From NCBI GenBank assembly GCA_016868535.1, contig VGGQ01000004.1:1-44958 (forward strand): 44,958 nucleotides of DNA, given 5' to 3'. Under the pieces are notes generated by a model that made no database searches, was not told the DNA's origin, and worked only from the letters and a program-made list of their open reading frames with translations. The DNA comes from Bacteroidota bacterium. GTDB taxonomy: Bacteria; Bacteroidota; Bacteroidia; NS11-12g; UBA955. Position numbers and translations under genes: made by a program. This document shows positions 8,518 through 16,187 of the stretch, one piece after another (the stretch's first letter is position 1; the number at the start of each line of letters is the position of its first letter).

Positions 8518-9033
8518 CTATTTGGATGTAAAACTAAAATCACCCTTTGCAACAATTGAATTGTTCTTTTTGACATTGAAAGTTCCAACAATTTCACCTG
8601 GTACTGAATACTTTGTGAAGGTTATTTCAGCATAGTCGTATGATAAGTCATTACCATTTATCGTTGCCAAAAATTCAAAATCATCTTGGTAGGCCATATA
8701 GTCCCCTCTTGACGTGTATTTCTTATTGATTTTTACGTTTCTGCCTATATGATCTGATGGCCAAATATCAAGATATGCATCATTGCTCACGTCAAAATAA
8801 ACAAAGAGCATTGCTCTATTAGTTGACTGAAACGAAAATGTATTAATAGAGTTTGCGATAGGACTTGTTGTAAAAGTTGCTTTCAGTTTTGCACCGTTTG
8901 TAATCTCTAAATTGAAAGTTCCATTATTTGGGGTTTCCTCCTTTTTACAGCCCGTAAAAATCAATAGTAAAAGTGAAACTAGAAGTAGTTGATTTTTCAA
9001 GATTTTAATCCCATAGTTAAATTTAAATTTCAT
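8518..9033 (-). CDS. Hypothetical lipoprotein
   Basis: Lipobox FTGC followed by KKEE (Bacteroidota surface-export-like signal); beta-rich. Confidence 0.8.
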   Translation of the reverse strand: MKFKFNYGIKILKNQLLLVSLLLLIFTGCKKEETPNNGTFNLEITNGAKLKATFTTSPIANSINTFSFQSTNRAMLFVYFDVSNDAYLDIWPSDHIGRNVKINKKYTSRGDYMAYQDDFEFLATINGNDLSYDYAEITFTKYSVPGEIVGTFNVKKNNSIVAKGDFSFTSK

Positions 9034-9061
9034 TTTGTGTGGTATAATATCCTACTCGTAT

Positions 9062-9105
9062 GGCTTTTCAGAATACGCCCCGTTTTTTAGAGTGGATTCT
9101 GGGCT
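9062..9105 (-). repeat. 44-bp intergenic hairpin motif, copy 2
   Basis: 36/44 identical to 8059-8102; CAGAAT/ATTCTG stem. Confidence 0.7.
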
Positions 9106-9202
9106 CCACTATTAAAGTGCAATAATACTATTTTTTTGTAACATTGAGTGGTCAGCTCTTTGGCTCTCGCAGACCGTCTCGGTTTTTATTTTTTAAACTT
9201 GC

Positions 9203-9341
9203 ACATAACGGTTTCGGGCTTTGCGTTCGGGCGGGCTTTTTAAAACCGTAAACTGTCTGCTTGCACCAACGTTTATTAATTGCTCAAATGTTCATATTCA
9301 CACTGTCCGCCCACTAACGCAAAACCCGTGTTTTAGGGCGT
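9203..9341 (-). mobile_element. attC-like cassette recombination site (long bulged palindrome)
   Basis: Pairs AAC/GTT (9207-9209/9330-9332), CGGG/CCCG, TTTGCGTT/AACGCAAA, GGGCGG/CCGCCC with asymmetric bulges; begins ~17 nt after the GNAT stop and ends in GTTATGT. Confidence 0.7.
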
Positions 9342-9358
9342 TTTTCTTTCATTCATTG

Positions 9359-9844
9359 TTAAGCTAGTTTATAAATAAATTCTTCAATTTCGGTTTGTCG
9401 GGCATTTGCAAAACCTTTGTCTGAACCGATTCTTGTAAAACCACATTTTTCTAAAACGTTTTGCGAACCAAAATTGTCAAACGCAACTCGTCCATAAATT
9501 GGTCTATTCGTAACAACGTCAAGAAAGTTTTTTAGTGCATTTGTCGCAATACCTTGTCCCCAATATTTTCTACCAATCCAATATGTGATTTCTGTGTCTC
9601 CTTCCATTACAAATTTTGCAATACTTCCTACGATAACATTGTCAATCAAAATTGTTTGGTTATTTACGGTTGGATCGCTTAATAATTCCGTAAACTTATT
9701 TAGATATGCTGTTTTGTCTGTCGGGTCTTTGGGCATAAATGCCGCCAAATATCCGCCTTCTTTGTCAAGTTGAAATTGAAACAAAGTGTCCAAGTCCGAA
9801 ATTTCAGTTGGTCTAAGTTTTATGTTAAGGTTATTGATTGTCAT
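9359..9844 (-). CDS. GNAT N-acetyltransferase (RimJ/RimL family), cassette-like gene
   Basis: EITYWIGRKYWGQGIAT motif A; DNFGSQNVLEKCGF motif B. Confidence 0.92.
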   Translation of the reverse strand: MTINNLNIKLRPTEISDLDTLFQFQLDKEGGYLAAFMPKDPTDKTAYLNKFTELLSDPTVNNQTILIDNVIVGSIAKFVMEGDTEITYWIGRKYWGQGIATNALKNFLDVVTNRPIYGRVAFDNFGSQNVLEKCGFTRIGSDKGFANARQTEIEEFIYKLA

Positions 9845-9892
9845 TGTTGTCTAATCACTATGAAATTATTTTTTATTTACGGTCGTCCCAAA

Positions 9893-9974
9893 ATGCCCCA
9901 TAACTTACTTATTGGCGCAACAAAGTTGCACATATTTTCTTACTAGGTGGATATATTGTGCAATTGGTATTGCC
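9893..9974 (-). mobile_element. attI-like recombination site C at the start of the GNAT cassette
   Basis: - strand TTGCACAATATAT-N15-ATATGTGCAA..CGCCAATAAGTAA|GTTATGGGGCAT; near copy at 7005-7076. Confidence 0.6.
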
Positions 9975-10051
9975 TATTTTATCCTTTTTCGGGGTTGTTT
10001 TTTGTTTATAAATCATCGAAAGGACTTTTGATTCTTTGTAAGAAAGAACCT

Positions 10052-10136
10052 TATATTTGTACATGCGCAATAAACTGAATACATCCAAATCTGAGGTATA
10101 GAGGAAGGTTTATAGCGTGTACAAGCTAGTTATGGG
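10052..10136 (+). mobile_element. Promoter box, inverted repeat and GTTATGGG core (attI-like site D) before the LamG gene
   Basis: TATATTTG (10052-10059); TTGTACA..CGCAATAAAC / GTTTATAGCG.TGTACAA; core at 10129-10136. Confidence 0.45.
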
Positions 10137-10189
10137 TAAGCTTGATGAAAATTGAAAGAAATATTAAACAATAAAAACAAAGAGACAAA

Positions 10190-11221
10190 ATGAAAAAAAT
10201 AAGTTTCCTTTTACACGGGGTGTTTGCGTTCGGTTTTGTAACTGCAAGTTTGGCACAAGTGCCAAAATATGTACCGACCAATGGGCTTGTTGGGTGGTGG
10301 CCGTTTAATGGGAATGCAAATGACCAGAGTGTGAATAGACATAACGGAACTGTGACAGGGGCAACATTGGTTTCAGACCGCTTTGGAAATAACTCAAGTG
10401 CCTATTTTTTTAATTACAAACATTGGGTTCCGGGTTCAGGTGGTGACGAAATTTATATTCCTTACACTTCTATTCTTGCTCCAAAAAACATCACTGTCTC
10501 CGTTTGGGCCTATAGAACTTCGGCGGGATACCCAAATCAAAACCTCAATATTATTAATCGCTTTGAGGAAGGCTTTAGCACTCCGAACGGACAAACTTGG
10601 GCATTAGGTGTGGGCGCAGATCCTGAGACAACAATATACTGTGTTGTATATCAAGCAGCACTGAATAATAATCAGGCTAATTTAGAGAGCAACGGTCCAT
10701 ATCTAAGCTTAAATACCTGGAACAATATTGTTATGACCTTTGATGGTTTGGCACTGAAACAATTCATCAATGGTGTCATGATCGACTCTGTTTCTGCAAA
10801 TGGATTAACGCTGAATACAACAGGTACCTCAGGAATTTCTATTGGTGTTTCCGATCAAGCGAGTGGCATTTGGTCACCATTTGACGGAAAAATCGACGAC
10901 ATTGGCATTTGGAACCGTGCCTTATCCCAAAAGGAAATAACAGATTTGTATAATGCAAATAATGTGGGTATAAATGAAAACACACAAGATAATTTATTAT
11001 CATTATATCCAAATCCTGCTCAAAGCCAAATCAACATAAATGCAGACATCAAACTTATCGGTGAGATTTACTCCATCTATGATAATAACGGAAAACTTGC
11101 ATTAACAGGAAAGCTTAACTCTCAAAACACAACAATTGACTTGGGCAATTTATCAGGTGGGTTGTATATGTTCAGTGTTGGAGAAAATATGAAGCAGTCA
11201 TTTAAAGTGATTAAAGAATAA
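10190..11221 (+). CDS. LamG-like jellyroll protein with T9SS type A C-terminal sorting domain
   Basis: Signal peptide; VPTNGLVGWWPFNGNAND; FDGKIDDIGIWNRALS; LYPNPA...GLYM..KVIKE. Confidence 0.92.
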   Translation: MKKISFLLHGVFAFGFVTASLAQVPKYVPTNGLVGWWPFNGNANDQSVNRHNGTVTGATLVSDRFGNNSSAYFFNYKHWVPGSGGDEIYIPYTSILAPKNITVSVWAYRTSAGYPNQNLNIINRFEEGFSTPNGQTWALGVGADPETTIYCVVYQAALNNNQANLESNGPYLSLNTWNNIVMTFDGLALKQFINGVMIDSVSANGLTLNTTGTSGISIGVSDQASGIWSPFDGKIDDIGIWNRALSQKEITDLYNANNVGINENTQDNLLSLYPNPAQSQININADIKLIGEIYSIYDNNGKLALTGKLNSQNTTIDLGNLSGGLYMFSVGENMKQSFKVIKE

Positions 11222-11257
11222 ACCAGCCCCTTATAGCGTTTAAGCGCAACCCTTCGG

Positions 11258-11301
11258 GTGTGGGCGCTGTTGTAGCAAACGGTGATGATGGAAACCTTCA
11301 C
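11258..11301 (-). pseudogene. N-terminal stub of a GT2 glycosyltransferase (WcaE-like) cut by the island edge
   Basis: GTG overlapping the wcaF stop reads VKVSIITVCYNSAHT, then similarity ends. Confidence 0.75.
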
Positions 11302-11852
11302 GCTTCTATAATTCTTTCTCTGACAGCAACCGCAGGGTTTCCGCTGTAAATTTTGTAGGCATCCAGATTGGCTGTGGCTATGCTGCCGGCGCTGAGTACC
11401 GCGTGAGAATTGCAGGTCACGCCCGGACAAACCACGGCTTTTGCGCCAATCCACACGCCGTTTTCGAGGGTAATATCGCCCACCATCAGATCAGATGAGG
11501 GTTTATGGTAGTTGTGGTTGCCGCACAAAAGAAGTGCCCCCTGCGAAATGCAGCAGTTGCTGCCGATACTTACCTTTCCCAGATTGTCAATCCATACTCC
11601 TTCCCCCAGCCATGGGTGTTCCCCGATACTCAGTTTCCATGGGTATTTTACATTCACCAGGGGTTTGATGACGACACCTTGGCCAATTTTAGCGCCAAAC
11701 AAGCGCAAAAGTCCTCTCCTCCATGCATTGCCGGGAAAGAAGGACATGAGTAAAAAAGAATTGCAGACATGCCACAGGGCCCTTAACACCCCGTTCCTTC
11801 CGGGTTGGTACCAGCGGTTGTTAAAAAGAGCGTGTTGGGTTTGGCCTTGCAT
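11298..11852 (-). CDS. wcaF: WcaF-family polysaccharide acetyltransferase (hexapeptide repeats)
   Basis: LRLFGAKIG, NVKYPWKLSIG, LCGNHNY, YSGNPA. Confidence 0.9.
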   Translation of the reverse strand: MQGQTQHALFNNRWYQPGRNGVLRALWHVCNSFLLMSFFPGNAWRRGLLRLFGAKIGQGVVIKPLVNVKYPWKLSIGEHPWLGEGVWIDNLGKVSIGSNCCISQGALLLCGNHNYHKPSSDLMVGDITLENGVWIGAKAVVCPGVTCNSHAVLSAGSIATANLDAYKIYSGNPAVAVRERIIEA

Positions 11853-11867
11853 GCTGCAAATTTGGGT

Positions 11868-13070
11868 TTAGTTTGCCAATCTGCCAACTTGATTTTTTAT
11901 AGAGTTGTATGTGAGCCATCCCATGAGGGCGGTGGCTGCTACAGCACAGCACACAGACCAGGGCCAACCTGTAACCGAAAGGTTAAATCCACTTTGGCTG
12001 AAGAGTCTTGAGATGCCCGATACCAACGCGGCAAACATTGCCGATGCCAGCACCATAGCAATAATCAGGTTTCGCAAAGCAAAACGAAAATAGGACATAA
12101 CCATCTTCTTTTGTGTGTAGCCCAATTGGTGCAGGGTTTGTATCTCATATGCCGAGCGGTAGGCAAGTAGCTGGTTGTATTGCAAAAAGCCCATCATGGA
12201 CAATGCCACAATAAAGGCACCCAGCATGGCCAGCAGCAACATTACAACCTCTAGCAACAGACGTGTTTTACCCTCCTTCACTTTTTCTTCGGCGGTTTCA
12301 AAATCTTTTTCTTTCAGGTGATTGAGCAACTCGGGCGCAGCCGGGTTATCGGCATGCAATATAAGGCGGGTTGGTGCGGCTTCACCCCCGGGTGCATAGC
12401 GGGTGTTGGCATACTCCATAAATTTTTCAGGAACCAGTATAGCCTGAATGCGGTTGGAAAATCCTGCAATAATGCCTTTGTAACGATCGGTTTTTTGGTT
12501 GCCCGATATTTCCATTTCAAACACAATGGACTTGAGCATGTTTTCCGGAATTACGGGCATGTTCTGGCCAGACGCGAATGCATGGTTATATTGTTTGATA
12601 AATTCAGCAGGTACAATAATAGGAATGATTCTGTCTCCGGGTTTCCATTTCCATGATGAATTTTCAATATCTACGAAACGGTCGGGAACGGCTTCAAAAA
12701 ACAGGTCCGATTTGAACAATTGCCCGCCAAAGCCACCAAGCTGTGCATTCATGCTCATAGACGCTTTAAACCTTGACGGTTTGAATTCTCCCATATCATC
12801 CACGGATTTCAGTTTTATCAATTCCTTCATTTCAGTTTCGGAAAACCTCGGCGCTCCTGCCATGGTGTGCAGCAGGGTTATTTTTTTGCTGATGACCACA
12901 AAATCCCGTCCCAGCATTTCTTTTTCATTCAATAATGCCCTCACATCCACCCACAGTTGCACCCCAAGCATCATAATACATAGTCCGATTGCCGAACCGA
13001 TTAACGAAAGCCGCAGTTGTCCGGGACAGGTTTTGCTGAGCAGCAATTTATTGAACAACGCTTTTTTCAT
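11868..13070 (-). CDS. ABC transporter permease (FtsX/MacB-like)
   Basis: 1 TM, large periplasmic loop, 3 TM; EIQTLHQLGY motif; overlaps the ATPase stop. Confidence 0.85.
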   Translation of the reverse strand: MKKALFNKLLLSKTCPGQLRLSLIGSAIGLCIMMLGVQLWVDVRALLNEKEMLGRDFVVISKKITLLHTMAGAPRFSETEMKELIKLKSVDDMGEFKPSRFKASMSMNAQLGGFGGQLFKSDLFFEAVPDRFVDIENSSWKWKPGDRIIPIIVPAEFIKQYNHAFASGQNMPVIPENMLKSIVFEMEISGNQKTDRYKGIIAGFSNRIQAILVPEKFMEYANTRYAPGGEAAPTRLILHADNPAAPELLNHLKEKDFETAEEKVKEGKTRLLLEVVMLLLAMLGAFIVALSMMGFLQYNQLLAYRSAYEIQTLHQLGYTQKKMVMSYFRFALRNLIIAMVLASAMFAALVSGISRLFSQSGFNLSVTGWPWSVCCAVAATALMGWLTYNSIKNQVGRLAN

Positions 13071-13705
13071 AACTCCAGGATTTCAAAATCATTGAACATG
13101 TCGTTATTCCATAGTGAAGTGGCAATAATGCCTGCACCGCGCTCAGTTGCGATTTCTGCAACACATTCCATGGCAATTTTTGCATTTATTGCGTCCATGT
13201 GACTGAAGGGTTCATCCAGCAGCAGCCATTCGAATGGCCTTACCAGGGTTCGAATCAGGGCTACACGTTGTTGTTGGCCCAAACTCATGCGGAAACAGGG
13301 ATTATCGAACTGGGGCAGAATGCCCAGGCGTGCTGCCAGTTTTTCAATAAACACTGCATCCCTGTCGTTTTGCGGATTCATTTCAATATTTTGCCTTGCG
13401 GTCAATTCTGGAAACAAACGCAGATCTTGGTGCATTATCGAAATTTGAGCGGCCCTTATTTGGGCAAAATTATCGGAAGTGATATCCCTAATGTTAGTTT
13501 CGTCAAAGAAGGCATCGCCCCGGTAATCAAGCCTGCTACCTCCGATTATGTTTATTAGGGTGGTTTTGCCCTTGCCGGAACCCGCCATTATGGCATAGTT
13601 TTTACCCTTAAAAAAGACGCGGTTCTGTCGCCAGATATGTCCCCCTCCGGGACTATCAACGAGCGGCTCAGGCAGGATATTGAAAAAGTGGAGGAGTTGC
13701 AACAA
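13067..13705 (-). CDS. ABC transporter ATP-binding protein
   Basis: Walker A AGSGKGKTT, signature MSLGQQQR, Walker B LLLDEP; start moved to TTG ~13705 to avoid overlapping the upstream gene. Confidence 0.9.
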   Translation of the reverse strand: MLQLLHFFNILPEPLVDSPGGGHIWRQNRVFFKGKNYAIMAGSGKGKTTLINIIGGSRLDYRGDAFFDETNIRDITSDNFAQIRAAQISIMHQDLRLFPELTARQNIEMNPQNDRDAVFIEKLAARLGILPQFDNPCFRMSLGQQQRVALIRTLVRPFEWLLLDEPFSHMDAINAKIAMECVAEIATERGAGIIATSLWNNDMFNDFEILEL

Positions 13706-13713
13706 TCGGCGGT

Positions 13714-15003
13714 TTATAGTTTGTTTTCGTTGGGTGTGAGATTGCCCAGTGCATCCAGTAATAAAATCAGCACACTCCCTTTGGCAGATAAGGATTGCAG
13801 ATGCAGTTGCATCTTTCGGCTGTTCCCTGTCAGGCTGATCATTCTTTCCGGGTTGCACAGGTGAATTTCCAAAGGGTATTTTGGTTGTTGGTAAACGGAT
13901 ACCTGCGGAGCCTGTCCCGCAGGGCTTAGCAGGAGGCAGTTGCCGGAAGGCTCTATTTGTAGGCCCGACATAGAAGTAACAGAAGCTCCCTTTGGCAGTT
14001 GTTTAAGCATTATCTTTTCATTTTCTGAAAATTCCGAACCCAGCCATAGCTGCCATGGTTGCTCTTCAGTATCTTTCTTTTTCTCAGGAAGCCACAGGCA
14101 TGCATTTCCATTAAGCTTGGAAAGAAGGGGATTGCCAGCTTGTCCGGTAAGTTCCGCAATACTGCCAACCATGGGTTTCTGCAGTGCCAGTTGAATGAGG
14201 CTGCCGCCGGCATTTCCGCGGGGTTCATCGGAGCACATCTCACCGCCCGCACTGGATTTCAGAAATGCCTCCAGTTCATTAGCACCTGCGGTAACATCCA
14301 TGGGCATGGTCAATGACCCATTTTGCAGATGCAGTGTTCCGCATAGTGTTGTTTTTTCGGGTATAATCCCTGCGATGCCTATCAACACCTGCGAAGGCTT
14401 TTCATGATTTAACATCTGCATCAAAGACACAGGTTTAATCATGCACTGAACAGAATCGTAATTTACATTTTCTGCGAATTCGGATTTTTCCTTGTTTGGA
14501 TGAATGATGCTCATTGTATAGGCATCTCCCGAAGTGAGCTGATAACTTAAAAGGGCTATTTCGTCGTCCCAGGCGAGGTAAAGGCCAGTATTTAATTCCA
14601 GAAAACGGATATCATTTTTTTCGTCGATAGGGGAACCGGTATACCGCGTCTCCGATACAATATTGCTGAATACTGAAACATCTTCCGGTGCAAACAACAA
14701 TCCCAGTGCCGGGCCCGCAGGTGTTTGCTCGCCAAAAAGCACCATTTTGCAGTGGAGAAGAGGACCGGGTTTCTGTGGGTTGCCCAGTAGCTGTTTCAGC
14801 ATTTTTGGGGGTATGCCAAAACGGGAAAGGGTTTCTGTTTCTTCATCTGAGAGGAAATTTGTGTTGAATGAAATGATAAACGCCGCGTTTTGGGGGACGT
14901 AGCCTGTAAGAGCAGAAGATTTTTTTTGTTTCAGAATCAGATAGCCGGCTAGGCCGAATATCAAGACCAGTGACAGTGCTATCCATACTGTGTGTTTTTT
15001 CAT
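13714..15003 (-). CDS. Membrane-anchored hypothetical protein (DUF4836-like), first gene of the ABC trio
   Basis: N-terminal TM then YVPQNAAFIISFN; position before ATPase and permease. Confidence 0.7.
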   Translation of the reverse strand: MKKHTVWIALSLVLIFGLAGYLILKQKKSSALTGYVPQNAAFIISFNTNFLSDEETETLSRFGIPPKMLKQLLGNPQKPGPLLHCKMVLFGEQTPAGPALGLLFAPEDVSVFSNIVSETRYTGSPIDEKNDIRFLELNTGLYLAWDDEIALLSYQLTSGDAYTMSIIHPNKEKSEFAENVNYDSVQCMIKPVSLMQMLNHEKPSQVLIGIAGIIPEKTTLCGTLHLQNGSLTMPMDVTAGANELEAFLKSSAGGEMCSDEPRGNAGGSLIQLALQKPMVGSIAELTGQAGNPLLSKLNGNACLWLPEKKKDTEEQPWQLWLGSEFSENEKIMLKQLPKGASVTSMSGLQIEPSGNCLLLSPAGQAPQVSVYQQPKYPLEIHLCNPERMISLTGNSRKMQLHLQSLSAKGSVLILLLDALGNLTPNENKL

Positions 15004-15046
15004 GCCCTTTGATTTATACTAACTGAATTTTTTGGAAACCTAAATT

Positions 15047-16099
15047 TTATATGTTGGAGGTGATGCGGGTATCAAGTGCATCTCTAAGTCCCATCGACAT
15101 GAGGTTGAAAGCCATTACCAGGGCCATAATGGCCATACCCGGAACCAGCGCCAGATAGGCGTTGTCCAGCACAAGATTACCCAGATGCTCTTTTACCATC
15201 ATGCCCCAGCTGGGTGTGGGCGGAGCAAGCCCCAGACCTAAAAAGCTAAGTCCGCTCTCCAGCAAAATGGCTGCAGCAAAATTGGTGGTAGCCATCACTG
15301 TCAGCGTGCCTTTCAGGTTGGGTAATATGTGTTTTCGCATAATGTAAAAGGGCTTGAAACCTGTAATGATGGACGCCAGAATGAATTCTTTTTGACGCAG
15401 CTGAAGGGTTTGTCCGCGCACCACACGGGCCACTTCCACCCAGGTGCTCAATCCGGTGGCAAGCAATACCTGCCACAGGCCTTTGCCGAAGGCAAAACTC
15501 AGTCCCAGTGCGATGAGCAGGGTAGGTATGGACCAGAAAACAGCAATGAACCACGACAAAACACTATCGGTTCTGCCGCCGTAATATCCGGCCATCATGC
15601 CAATGAGGGTGCCGATAAGCAATGAAATGATTACGCTCACAAGTCCAACCACCAGTGACACACGCGCCCCGATGACAAGTCTGCTCAGCATATCGCGTCC
15701 AAAACGATCGGTGCCCAGCAAAGCGGTTTGGCTGCGTTCAAAGCGTCCTTCTTCATTTACAATCAGGCTGTTTTTATGAACAGCTTGGGTCAAAGTTTCG
15801 GCGTAGGCTATATAATAAACACTGTCCTTAGTTTGTTTGGTTACCTTGCAGGGAATCACCGAACCTTCTGACTGCGCTCCTGTAAAATAGTCTGAGAATG
15901 ATGTTTGTAGGGGCTTTCCGGCTAGTATGTATGTAAAATAAAATCCAGGAGGTTTGTTGGCCAGTTCCGGTATAATTCTGTTGCATTCGCGGGTATTATC
16001 GGGTGTAATGATGTAACCGAGCAGCGCTGGCACTGCAAATATCCCGGTGGTAATAATACCGATTTTAAACGCGGTTTTTTGCCATAGCCTGCGCAGCAT
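15047..16099 (-). CDS. Peptide ABC transporter permease (DppC/OppC family)
   Basis: LLGTDRFGRDMLSRLVIGARVSL; KHILPN; ESGLSFLGLG..PTPSWG. Confidence 0.92.
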   Translation of the reverse strand: MLRRLWQKTAFKIGIITTGIFAVPALLGYIITPDNTRECNRIIPELANKPPGFYFTYILAGKPLQTSFSDYFTGAQSEGSVIPCKVTKQTKDSVYYIAYAETLTQAVHKNSLIVNEEGRFERSQTALLGTDRFGRDMLSRLVIGARVSLVVGLVSVIISLLIGTLIGMMAGYYGGRTDSVLSWFIAVFWSIPTLLIALGLSFAFGKGLWQVLLATGLSTWVEVARVVRGQTLQLRQKEFILASIITGFKPFYIMRKHILPNLKGTLTVMATTNFAAAILLESGLSFLGLGLAPPTPSWGMMVKEHLGNLVLDNAYLALVPGMAIMALVMAFNLMSMGLRDALDTRITSNI

Positions 16100-16187
16100 C
16101 TTACAAATGTAGGGTTATTGAATTTATCTAAATTATGGTCGGCATAGAAAGAAGTTTGAAGCCATTTCTAATTTAGTGCATGCTACT

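Noticed and set aside
13706-13858. N-terminal extension of the ABC ATPase in the ORF track
   Set aside because: It overlaps the upstream gene by ~145 nt and does not resemble an ATPase.
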